Positions 36,272-44,713 of a stretch of DNA of 53,234 bases are shown piece after piece (the stretch's first letter is position 1; the number at the start of each line of letters is the position of its first letter). The notes under the pieces are model-generated. The model ran no database searches, was not told the DNA's origin, and worked only from the letters and a program-made list of their open reading frames with translations. The stretch is from a virus. Lineage: Duplodnaviria > Caudoviricetes. The stretch spans positions 1 through 53,234 of IMG/VR virus record IMGVR_UViG_3300002092_000058; one strand, 5' to 3'. A program made the position numbers and the translations under genes.

Positions 36272-37965
36272 GGCTACCCACTTAAAGCGGGACAAAATAA
36301 GCGCTCGTTGGCAAAATCCTGTATTATGCGACAATGATTAAAAAAACAAAATAACCCAAGAAATACGCGCAACGAGCAGACTAATTTTCACTGAAATAGC
36401 CCATCATGGCAAACAGAGTTATCGAAAATTGGCTTCGTTGGTTAATCGCTCTAAAAGTAGTGTTCATCGGCACGAACAATCACGGGCAAAACGTAACCAA
36501 TACCCTGAATCAGCTTTTTGGGAAACTGAGGCAGGAGCCGCGTGGTTAAAACTGCTGGTGATTGCCGCCCTTTACACGTTCGGTATGGAGTGCCACGTCG
36601 GCGCTGATAAATTAGCTACGTTTTTTAAGTTGATTCGTATCAATACTCATGTGGGTACTTCCGCCTCAGCCCTCCGTCATCAACTGCATCAGATGGAAGC
36701 GTTATTACCTTTGTTTCAGCAAAGTTGTGAGAGTGATGCGAGTTCGTCATCATCGTCTCGTAAAGCCGTTGTTGCAGCCGATGAAACATTTTTTGGCGAT
36801 TTTCTGATTTTAGTGTTGATGGACTTGCCTTCAGGCTATCTGATTTTAGAAGAAATCAGTGAAGATCGTTGCTTTGATACCTGGCTTGAAAAATCGGTTC
36901 CACGTCTGAAAGCGTTGGGACTAGAGGTGAATCACACCATCAGTGATCGCGCTAAGGCCTTGATAAAACTAGCCGTCACGGGCTTTGAAGGCACCTCTGG
37001 AGCAGACACTTTTCATGCACAGTATGACATCAGTAAATGGTTGGGAGCAAAGTTAGGACGCCTTAAGGCTCTAGCCGAGAAACAGCGTGCAGCGACCTTG
37101 CAAAAGGGGGTAAAAAATCCAGAGATGGAGGGTACATTACTTGAAAAAGTGCTTCAGGAAGAGAATTCGTGCGCTGAAATTCAAGAAACACTCATGGATT
37201 ATCAGGAAAATCTGCTAGGAGTTTCTGATGACGTTCACCCCTTTTCAATAGTTGATAATACGTGTACAGACGTTGAAAAAGTCATTTCTGGTTTGGAAAT
37301 ACGAGCACAAGCCTTTGAAAAAATAGCACACGCACAAAAGATAGCCGATTCAAAGCAGATCATGAATAAGTTTCGCAATCAATTCAAAGGACTGGCAACC
37401 AATATCGAATTTTGGTGGTTGTGGGTCACCGAGATTTTAACTGATCTCGCTATTGATGATGTGACACAACACTGGCTTACTCACACATTATTGCCGGTAG
37501 TCTATTGGCATCACCAATTACATAAAACCAAGAATCCCAAGCAACGGGTAAAATACCAACAGGCTTGGCGGCGAGCAGTCAATACGTTACAGTCGGATAC
37601 CTTGACGGCTACATTACCTGCAAGTGAATTAGAGCGCTGGTTAACTTGGGCCGAATGGATGACGCGACAATTTCATCGTAGCTCTTCAGCGGTAGAAGGG
37701 CGAAATGGTTTTCTATCGCAAATGCATCACAATGGTCGCGGCCTGACGGAAAAACGTCTTCGCGCTTTAACGGTCATTCATAACTACGGGATTAAGCGTC
37801 TGGATGGAACCACAGCGGCCATGCGTTTTTTTGATAGGGAGTTTCCTGACTTGCTCTCATGGTTAGTTAATGAGATGGGGGAACTCCCTCTTCCTAGAAA
37901 GGCTAAAGATCGTGTTATTCATAACCCTCTGTTTTTAATAACTGTCCCGCTTTAAGTGGGTAGCC
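36272..37965 (+). mobile_element. insertion sequence, 1694 bp
   Basis: Perfect 23-bp TIRs (GGCTACCCACTTAAAGCGGGACA at 36272-36294 and its complement at 37943-37965); 8-bp TSD TTCATTTT at 36264-71 and 37966-73. Confidence 0.95.
36429..37955 (+). CDS. DDE-type transposase (DUF6399-like)
   Basis: AADETFF, ISDRAKAL, DTFHAQ, RSSSAVEGRNG; stop lies within the right TIR; N-terminal HTH extends upstream of the listed TTG. Confidence 0.85.
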   Translation: MASLVNRSKSSVHRHEQSRAKRNQYPESAFWETEAGAAWLKLLVIAALYTFGMECHVGADKLATFFKLIRINTHVGTSASALRHQLHQMEALLPLFQQSCESDASSSSSSRKAVVAADETFFGDFLILVLMDLPSGYLILEEISEDRCFDTWLEKSVPRLKALGLEVNHTISDRAKALIKLAVTGFEGTSGADTFHAQYDISKWLGAKLGRLKALAEKQRAATLQKGVKNPEMEGTLLEKVLQEENSCAEIQETLMDYQENLLGVSDDVHPFSIVDNTCTDVEKVISGLEIRAQAFEKIAHAQKIADSKQIMNKFRNQFKGLATNIEFWWLWVTEILTDLAIDDVTQHWLTHTLLPVVYWHHQLHKTKNPKQRVKYQQAWRRAVNTLQSDTLTATLPASELERWLTWAEWMTRQFHRSSSAVEGRNGFLSQMHHNGRGLTEKRLRALTVIHNYGIKRLDGTTAAMRFFDREFPDLLSWLVNEMGELPLPRKAKDRVIHNPLFLITVPL

Positions 37966-37975
37966 TTCATTTTTA

Positions 37976-38506
37976 TTAATCTTTTAGTGGCATAACAACA
38001 TAAACAATGTTGTTATCAGGTGAAAAGTACCCAAAATTTTGGGTGGCTCTAAAAACACGATAGTTATAACTATCGTGTTCAATAATCGCTTTGCTTGCGA
38101 TTGCTAAGTATTGCCAATTATAATTATGAAATACACTTGGCTCTTCATGCGCCTCAATTTCATCAATTACCTTCTTAAAATCCGGGTATTTTGAATCTAT
38201 CGATTCAAACATTTCTGAGTTTGAACCAGATTTTAATAGATAAAAATTATCAAATTGTTCAATATTGATAGTTAAATCAGCATCTTTTTTGTTAAATTTA
38301 TTAAGAAATGATTTTATTGTGCTTGCTGGAATTATGATTTTTTCAATTCCATCTGGAATTGAGTTATTCATATTTTTTATTAAGCACAAGCAAGCCCCAT
38401 TTGAAGCAACTATTTTATCTCTAGTCACTAATGCGCTATTTAGATAAAAACGTATATCTTTTGTTGCAGCTGCTGTAACAGCAAGTCTTAAATCTTTAAT
38501 TTTCAT
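37976..38506 (-). CDS. truncated DNA polymerase III beta-clamp-like protein
   Basis: AAATKDIRFYLNSALV...VASNGACL...IDSKYPDFKKVI resembles the middle domain of DnaN. Confidence 0.7.
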   Translation of the reverse strand: MKIKDLRLAVTAAATKDIRFYLNSALVTRDKIVASNGACLCLIKNMNNSIPDGIEKIIIPASTIKSFLNKFNKKDADLTINIEQFDNFYLLKSGSNSEMFESIDSKYPDFKKVIDEIEAHEEPSVFHNYNWQYLAIASKAIIEHDSYNYRVFRATQNFGYFSPDNNIVYVVMPLKD

Positions 38507-38660
38507 TTTTAGTCTCTGTAACAAAAAGCAATAAGCCAAGTCCGCCAGCGGCTATGCTTAGTTGATATAAATCATGTGAATAATAAATTGCCGCCATAAA
38601 CCCCGCCCATGCCGTTAAAAAAAATATAATTCTAACTATTATTTTTTGTAGATCAACCAT
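38496..38660 (-). CDS. 54-aa two-TM membrane protein (not in ORF track)
   Basis: MVDLQKIIVRIIFFLTAWAGFMAAIYY...GGLGLLLFV; overlaps both neighbours. Confidence 0.55.
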   Translation of the reverse strand: MVDLQKIIVRIIFFLTAWAGFMAAIYYSHDLYQLSIAAGGLGLLLFVTETKNEN

Positions 38661-38874
38661 TTAACATTAACTCCTGCTGCATTCTCATTATCTGCATCTG
38701 CATAATTTTACCGCACTCGGGACGCGCGTTTTTATGCGCTGCGGTTGTCCGATTGTTGCCACAAATCGGACATTTTGATCTAGAGAGGGTTATTTTATCC
38801 GCAGACCGTGATTTTTCTTTTTGTAACAAAAAAGCAGGGTCTGTGCGGTAATTTACTGTTAGTTTAGCCGCCAT
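38653..38874 (-). CDS. small Zn-finger-like protein
   Basis: CPIC...H...C. Confidence 0.55.
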   Translation of the reverse strand: MAAKLTVNYRTDPAFLLQKEKSRSADKITLSRSKCPICGNNRTTAAHKNARPECGKIMQMQIMRMQQELMLNG

Positions 38875-39295
38875 TGATATCACCTTTAAAAGTGTATCTT
38901 GTCATTTCTTCATTACTTAGTGGTATAGCATAATTCCATGATTCTCCGCTTATACATAAAAAATGCCAAGCTCCTTCTTTTTGATTTGCTTTAACAATAA
39001 TTAACGGTTGCGCCACCTCGTCACCATCATAAACCCAGCAAAAACAAGGCTCAAATGGTTTTTCGTACCATTCTTGTGGGTAATTTGGACGATAACTTTT
39101 ACTAAATACTTCCTGAAAATTATCATACTCAATTTTAAAATCTAAATTTGTTTCATTACAAACCATTAGCTTATTGTTAATAATTTTTATTATATATCCA
39201 AAGTTATTAATTATTTCTCCGCCATCTGCCAGCCAACGCAGGGCGTCCGCTAAGTCATTGAATGATTCTTTTCTTTTTTTTGTTTCTTTCATCAT
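38864..39295 (-). CDS. hypothetical phage protein
   Basis: WYEKPFEPCFCWVYD...WNYAIPLS motif; SD GAGGG. Confidence 0.65.
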   Translation of the reverse strand: MMKETKKRKESFNDLADALRWLADGGEIINNFGYIIKIINNKLMVCNETNLDFKIEYDNFQEVFSKSYRPNYPQEWYEKPFEPCFCWVYDGDEVAQPLIIVKANQKEGAWHFLCISGESWNYAIPLSNEEMTRYTFKGDINGG

Positions 39296-39373
39296 ACCCT
39301 CTATTTTTTTATAAATTTTATCGCTTTCGTCTTGAACAGCATCAACTAAGCAAAGACTGGCTTCTTTACCATT

Positions 39374-40039
39374 TTAAGTAAGTTTATAATGTTCTAAACA
39401 GTAAAAATTACCGCCCCCCGTTGTTGATCTTGCCAGCGCTCCAAGTTTTCTACATCCCGAATACTCACAATTATGTTCTTCATTAAATTTTGGCCTCCTG
39501 ATTAAGTGAGATTTTAAAATTAAAATCGCGTAATGATTTTGTATCATTGCGTCACGATCTGCCTGACCCAAATTTGCACTTTTATTCTTTGCGTCAGCAA
39601 ACATTTGCGTAATTTGCTCAGGCTCAATGGTCACTGTCGGTGGCGGCAATGCCGATATTCTTTCAGTCTCTTTTGCGCTCTCCTCCTCTCGCCTTAGTTT
39701 TTCGTTAAAATCTTTGATATAAGCCACGATTTTATGCTGACCTATGTCTATGTATTCCTTTTTCGAATTCTCCTCACAGAACGCACGATAACCGCCATAA
39801 ATCGCATTTATACGCACTCCATCAAGTTCAGAATACATCTTTTGCTTGTACATTTGCACGTCATCAGCATTTTTAAATTGCTTCATGAATCGCTCGGAAA
39901 AATCAAATTTTAAGGCGTACATTAACCCCACAATCTGCATCTTTATTGGGCTTTCAAGCTCTTCTGGCGACAATCTTTCGATTGCCTTGTCAGAAATCAA
40001 GGCTAGAAAATTCGTCGTTTGTTGGTGTGTATCTTCCAT
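39374..40039 (-). CDS. replication protein in the lambda-P/helicase-loader position, with C-terminal Zn motif
   Basis: Overlaps the end of the initiator gene; CEYSGC...YCLEH; likely start at MEDTHQQ. Confidence 0.55.
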   Translation of the reverse strand: MEDTHQQTTNFLALISDKAIERLSPEELESPIKMQIVGLMYALKFDFSERFMKQFKNADDVQMYKQKMYSELDGVRINAIYGGYRAFCEENSKKEYIDIGQHKIVAYIKDFNEKLRREEESAKETERISALPPPTVTIEPEQITQMFADAKNKSANLGQADRDAMIQNHYAILILKSHLIRRPKFNEEHNCEYSGCRKLGALARSTTGGGNFYCLEHYKLT

Positions 40040-40712
40040 CCCCCCCCCTATTTGTCTGCCAGTCCCATGAAGCATTGAACCCTTGCCATCCGCGCTGGAT
40101 ACAGATTTCAACCGCTTCGGTTATTGAAATGCCTGCCAGCTGTGATTGCTTAAGCAGTCCGTTGAGCGCAGTTTTTGACACTGTCGCCCGCTTTGCTTTT
40201 CTTAGCTCTAAAAAATCATCAGCCACTTGACCGACAATTCCGTATTCTTCAAGCAGTTTCAATTTTTCTTTTAGAGATACGTTAGTATCTCTTTTCTTTA
40301 TTTGTTTTATTGTTTTATTGTTTAGTCGTGTTGCCTCGGTTGTTGCCTCGGTTGTTGCCTCGGTTGTTGCCTCGGTTGTTGCCATGTCCTGATATTTGTA
40401 ATAATTACAAATGGTTATAGTCGTATTTAGGTGCGTGGTTTTTACCTCAATCATGCCGTCTTTTTCGAGCATAATCAGGAACCTTTTTACCCTGTCTCTA
40501 TGCCACTTCCAGCGCTTTGATAAAGACAATTGAGATAGCCCAATCTGACCCCTTTTGCACTCTACAACCTGCCCACTTAATAAAAATTTTTTATCTTCGT
40601 GGTTTGCCATTAACAACAAATCAATCCACGCCAAGCACCTCGCTGGATCATCAAAATTAAACAGCCAGTGGGACTGAATATCCCGATGCAGACATATCCA
40701 GCCAGCGCCCAT
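39990..40712 (-). CDS. phage replication initiator (replisome organiser)
   Basis: GWICLHRDI..HW...AWIDLLLMANH...RGQ...SLSKRWKW...ITICNYYKYQ; C-terminal RKAKRA...WQGF; internal iterons. Confidence 0.85.
   Translation of the reverse strand: MGAGWICLHRDIQSHWLFNFDDPARCLAWIDLLLMANHEDKKFLLSGQVVECKRGQIGLSQLSLSKRWKWHRDRVKRFLIMLEKDGMIEVKTTHLNTTITICNYYKYQDMATTEATTEATTEATTEATRLNNKTIKQIKKRDTNVSLKEKLKLLEEYGIVGQVADDFLELRKAKRATVSKTALNGLLKQSQLAGISITEAVEICIQRGWQGFNASWDWQTNRGGDGRYTPTNDEFSSLDF
40329..40383. repeat. 12-bp iterons, putative replication origin
   Basis: TGTTGCCTCGGT x4.6, next to an AT-rich tract (~40290-40323) and the palindrome AGATAC-GTTA-GTATCT. Confidence 0.8.
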
Positions 40713-40849
40713 TATTTACTAAGTCCTTCAATATATTTACGAAGAATGTAGGCAATTTGCCCACTCAATGAGCGCCCTTCTTGTTGGGCTATTTCCTTCA
40801 ACTTATTTTTCAGTTGAAGGTCGATATGAAACCCGCAAAATTCATTCAT
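40712..40849 (-). CDS. Arc/ribbon-helix-helix DNA-binding protein (45 aa; not in ORF track)
   Basis: MNEFCGFHIDLQLKNKLKEIAQQEGRSLSGQIAYILRKYIEGLSK; TAATG coupling to the initiator gene. Confidence 0.8.
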   Translation of the reverse strand: MNEFCGFHIDLQLKNKLKEIAQQEGRSLSGQIAYILRKYIEGLSK

Positions 40850-40851
40850 AT

Positions 40852-41151
40852 CTACATTACTAAGTCATAAATATGTAACGACTTGGCAACAAACGGAAGT
40901 TGGTTGCCGCTCTCTTCTGATCGTGCTCCGTTTTCAAAAACCCCAACCTCAAAATAAGGCGCAAGACGTAATGCCGCCGCAGGATGCACAACAATAACGC
41001 CCTCAAACGCGCCGTTGCTGTCTACAAAAGATGGCGACACTGTAAAGGCGTTGGCGTCTCCGTGATGCTCAAGAGCAATGCCTTGAGCGTTTGCTAGAGC
41101 GTGCTGCTCTACAGTCGGTGTGTGTCTACTAATAAACAAAAATTTTTTCAT
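40852..41151 (-). CDS. hypothetical protein
   Basis: SD GAGG; FISRH...VVHP motif. Confidence 0.7.
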   Translation of the reverse strand: MKKFLFISRHTPTVEQHALANAQGIALEHHGDANAFTVSPSFVDSNGAFEGVIVVHPAAALRLAPYFEVGVFENGARSEESGNQLPFVAKSLHIYDLVM

Positions 41152-41239
41152 TTTTAATCCTCTATTTTTACAATCGGGCAGGCAATTGTTTTTGTTATCA
41201 CTGACAGCCGTCAGCTTAGTCTGTATAGACTTGGCTTTG

Positions 41240-41587
41240 CTAGATCCAACTAGCTACATGAAAACCACCTTGTTTTTGCGCTAACTCCGCATAAAAAAGT
41301 TTAGAGGGTTGTATTTTTAATCTATCAGTGCAAACTCTAAATCTCGATGTTGGAAATTGACCAAATTTTTTAACAATTTCTGGCACACTACCAGCGCAAA
41401 CCGTCTCTATTTGTACCCCGTAAAGATCACGAATTTTTTCGACGTGTTGATAAGTTAATGGGTGTTCAAATTTAGTGTCACAAAACAAGCCCATAACCTC
41501 AGATTTATCATATTCCTGCAGCGCAAGTTTTAAACATGCTTGACTATCTTTGCCTCCCGATATTGGTACTACTATTTTTATTGTCAT
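41240..41587 (-). pseudogene. 3'-truncated PAPS-reductase-family protein
   Basis: VVPISGGKDS, FCDTKFEHP, RVCTDRLKIQP, then a stop where the G-x-R motif and C-terminal half would be expected. Confidence 0.75.
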
Positions 41588-41802
41588 ATGCCTTTATCTT
41601 TACCTTTACCATTCCAAAACTCCAAATGCTTTAAATCAATTTTTAACCCTTTTCTAGCAGCAGCTCCGATCACCATATTCTTCTGGTTTTCGGTCAACTC
41701 CTCTGGCCACTGGCTTAAGCACGATACGCTTTTACCGCCAAGCACATCCCCAAGGTCTTTAAGCCGCCCGCCAAATATGTTTTTTGCTTCGTCTTTTGTC
41801 AT
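41584..41802 (-). CDS. cro: Cro-like HTH repressor
   Basis: MTKDEAKNIFGG..KDLGDVLG..SVSCLSQWPE pattern; first gene of the divergent operon. Confidence 0.75.
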   Translation of the reverse strand: MTKDEAKNIFGGRLKDLGDVLGGKSVSCLSQWPEELTENQKNMVIGAAARKGLKIDLKHLEFWNGKGKDKGI

Positions 41803-41816
41803 AATTACTCTTTATA

Positions 41817-41902
41817 TGTTTAAAAATTGAAATTATTATAGCGTAAAATAAATTTAAATAATTAAAATAAATGTTGACAGTCTAAGTTTAGATAATTAAA
41901 CT
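41817..41902 (+). promoter_or_regulatory. early promoter with three operator-like sites at 34-bp spacing
   Basis: TTGACA 41874-79, N17, TAAACT 41897-902; AGTTTA-N6-TAAACT at 41885; degenerate copies at 41851 and 41817; minus-strand TATAAT at 41835-40. Confidence 0.75.
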
Positions 41903-42001
41903 ATACCCAACAGCTTAAAAAACTGACCGGATTTTACAGCAACGCATTAAGTGCGTCGAAACTTAGCAGGGCGATCTAATAATCACAGACCTTGCAGCAC
42001 A

Positions 42002-42037
42002 GCTCTTTATCATCTTCCCGACATCAGGAGGATGATA
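42002..42037 (+). promoter_or_regulatory. nut-like site (boxA plus hairpin)
   Basis: GCTCTTTA followed by TATCATCTTCC-N8-GGAGGATGATA. Confidence 0.45.
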
Positions 42038-42139
42038 CAAATTTGCGTAATTAATTTAGATGTAAAACCACTGGCTTCCAACCAGTTGTCACGAGTTCTA
42101 TTCCATTCTCGTATTAATTGCTCCTGAAGGCAACCATTA

Positions 42140-42162
42140 GCCCTAGAAATAGGGCGTTTTTT
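42140..42162 (+). terminator. intrinsic terminator in the early leader
   Basis: GCCCTA-GAAA-TAGGGC-GTTTTTT. Confidence 0.7.
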
Positions 42163-42447
42163 AATAGGCTGCTCTTGAATGGCCTGTGCGATACTAGTTA
42201 GCAAGCTAGACGAGTGAGCAACTATACCTGTGAGCAGACCAAAGTGGGCAGGGTGAGCGACAATGCGGAGGGTAATGGGGCTATTGGTACGCACTATAGA
42301 GTAAGCAAAAAGCAGTCTATTAAAAAATTAAATGACTATGAGAGACGTGGGCTTTCGCCCTATGGCAACGTAAATCTTTTGGGAGGCTCTGGATGCTCCA
42401 TAGTTAACGGAGTAATTGTTATTTAAAATTCAACAAGGATAAAAGCG

Positions 42448-42690
42448 ATGTCAAGACACGCCGCGCAGCAAGTATTTGAAACTTCTGCTCTCAAAGCAAA
42501 GGATTTAAACTTATCTTTTTTCTGTTTTGGTAGTTTTAATCAGGCGCGGTTTTTTCAAAATCTTGAAGAAACCTCCTGGCATTTTTCACGCAGCAAAAGC
42601 GGAAAACAACCGCACAAGACAAGTCATAAGCACATGGCTTATGTGCGTGCAATGCGTAATAAGCGGCTTAAGAAGCGGCTTAATTTGTAA
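42448..42690 (+). CDS. small basic protein, first early gene (possible N-like antiterminator)
   Basis: SD AAGGA; Arg/Lys-rich C-terminus VRAMRNKRLKKR. Confidence 0.55.
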   Translation: MSRHAAQQVFETSALKAKDLNLSFFCFGSFNQARFFQNLEETSWHFSRSKSGKQPHKTSHKHMAYVRAMRNKRLKKRLNL

Positions 42691-42848
42691 CCCTATCCGC
42701 TCTTGGGGATGTAAAGACGGAGAGTACAGGATGGCGTCCTTTCCAATTGATTTATAGCCATAGCTGTATTTACGACCATATCGAGAACCAACTCGACATG
42801 GTGCTGGATAACGTAACCAGTAATTTCATTAACTTTAAGAGGATTTTT

Positions 42849-43097
42849 ATGAATGAACAAGAATTAGAGCAAGAAATTGAATACGTCACGCATGTGACAA
42901 AAGGTGAAATCTTAATATGGGCGGTAATCGCAACAGCAAGCGGTTATGATGTTGTTGGAAAGTATGCTGTTGTTGGAAAGCCGCCTAGTGCGGTATTCGA
43001 AGAAAATTATGATAAAGATCTCGGTGAGAAAACAGCTTTAAATCAATCGCGTGACGAGCTATTAAAGAAAAGATTTTTAACCAGACTTAAAAGCTAA
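42849..43097 (+). CDS. N4 gp49/Sf6 gp66-like protein
   Basis: MNEQELEQEI...SGYDVVG...ENYDKDLGEKTALNQSRDEL; SD GAGG. Confidence 0.6.
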   Translation: MNEQELEQEIEYVTHVTKGEILIWAVIATASGYDVVGKYAVVGKPPSAVFEENYDKDLGEKTALNQSRDELLKKRFLTRLKS

Positions 43098-43292
43098 CCC
43101 GATCCTGCTAAGAGATCGGGATTTATAAAAAATAAAGGTCTCTTGAAAGCCTAGTGCATACAAATAGGAGGTAACACCTGTGAGTAAAGACGCATTTATT
43201 TTTATAAGTATACTTATCTAGTGGAGCCACCACTATAAAAAAGCGTTTAATTCCCGCGCTAGCCAGTGTTAGCGCATTTTTTGGAGTAGATT

Positions 43293-43418
43293 ATGAAAGA
43301 CGAACACGATACTTTTTATGAGCATCAAGAAGAAAGTTTTTTACAAAGCTTTATTGGTGCGGTATCAGTTATTTTAATACCAATTTTAATTGCATTTATT
43401 GCAAGCATTCTAATGTAA
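43293..43418 (+). CDS. 41-aa membrane peptide
   Basis: SD GGAG; C-terminal hydrophobic helix. Confidence 0.55.
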   Translation: MKDEHDTFYEHQEESFLQSFIGAVSVILIPILIAFIASILM

Positions 43419-43432
43419 ATGTAGGTGACGGA

Positions 43433-44713
43433 ATGGAAAAGTTAGAACAAAGAAAACAATTAACAGTTACAGTTGTAGAAAAATTTTCCCCGCAGGAATT
43501 TTATACAAAAACTCCTGAGGTTGTTGAGGAAATAAAAAAACGTATTGAAGCTGTTGGTTCGGTTGTTTTTGAAATATCAGAAGATGGCAAAAAACAACTT
43601 AAGAATTTTCAAGCGTCAGAAAATAAAGTTATCAAAATAGCTGATGATATTCGTAAAACAGAATATTCAAGGCTTACAGCAGACATTAAAATTAACCATG
43701 ATCTTATTTTTACTGAGATCAAAAACTGGGCAGCGTCATTAAAAAAACAATCTTCTTACTTTGAGGAATTTGAAAAAAAACAATTGAATGAAATTAAAAT
43801 AAAAACACAAGATGAGTTGTGCAATATACAGGAATCTACTCCTAGTTTAAGGGAAGAATTTAAATCTAAGTATGACATTGAGTCACTTGTCAAAATGTCG
43901 GCTTTAACAGCTACAGGCTCATTAACAAAATCGGTTAAGGATGAAATTAAAAAGTTAATTGATGCTGATATTGCAAAGCAAAATTTGCATGATCAGCGTG
44001 TTGATAAAATCAAAATTAAATGTTACGAAAGTGATATTACTACGCCATTCAGCAAAGAATATGTTGGCGCTGAATTTTACGCTGAAGAACCCGTTTTTTT
44101 AGCAAAACTTAATTGCTTAATTGCTTTTGAAGTTGAGAGAGTCGCGCAGTCAGAAGCTAAAATTAAAAAACAGCTTGAAGAAAAACATCAAGCTGAGATT
44201 GACAAGAAAGTCGCCGATCAAATTAAAGCCGATAAAAAACTTGAAGAATTGCACGCGCAAAATGCAAGGGATTTAAACGCGCAAGTTATGCCTGAGTCTG
44301 AAAAGCTTGTTGTTTCAGAGCCGCCACCAGTTACACCAGAATATTTGATGGAGAAAGCTAACAGAATTAGTAATATGGCTGAACACACAGATAATCGCGG
44401 TGAATACAGTAAGCTATCTGCCGAAGCTAATGCGTTAGTAAGACAAGCTCAAGAGCTTAAAAAACGACATGAAGAACAAAAGCCTGCTCATACCGATAAA
44501 CGAGCGGTTTTAATAATTTGTTATTTTGAATCTTCTGACGTAAAAAACAAGTTAGATCAAAAACTAATCAAGGGCTGTTTTTATGCAGAGATAGTGGTTA
44601 AATTTAGATTTAATTTTTCATTTTACGTAACTCACGCGCAGATAGTTGAAAAAATTAAGCCTATGCTGCCGCGTGATTTAACGCTTATAAACATCGAGGC
44701 TAAAGATGCTTGA
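43433..44713 (+). CDS. coiled-coil protein in the recombination module (DUF1351/Gam-like position)
   Basis: 426 aa helical; directly upstream of the exonuclease. Confidence 0.6.
   Translation: MEKLEQRKQLTVTVVEKFSPQEFYTKTPEVVEEIKKRIEAVGSVVFEISEDGKKQLKNFQASENKVIKIADDIRKTEYSRLTADIKINHDLIFTEIKNWAASLKKQSSYFEEFEKKQLNEIKIKTQDELCNIQESTPSLREEFKSKYDIESLVKMSALTATGSLTKSVKDEIKKLIDADIAKQNLHDQRVDKIKIKCYESDITTPFSKEYVGAEFYAEEPVFLAKLNCLIAFEVERVAQSEAKIKKQLEEKHQAEIDKKVADQIKADKKLEELHAQNARDLNAQVMPESEKLVVSEPPPVTPEYLMEKANRISNMAEHTDNRGEYSKLSAEANALVRQAQELKKRHEEQKPAHTDKRAVLIICYFESSDVKNKLDQKLIKGCFYAEIVVKFRFNFSFYVTHAQIVEKIKPMLPRDLTLINIEAKDA

Noticed and set aside
42010-42426. ORFs 42010..42294 (-) and 42214..42426 (+) as a CI repressor
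   Set aside because: No HTH or S24 peptidase motifs and weak starts; the region is better explained as a structured leader.
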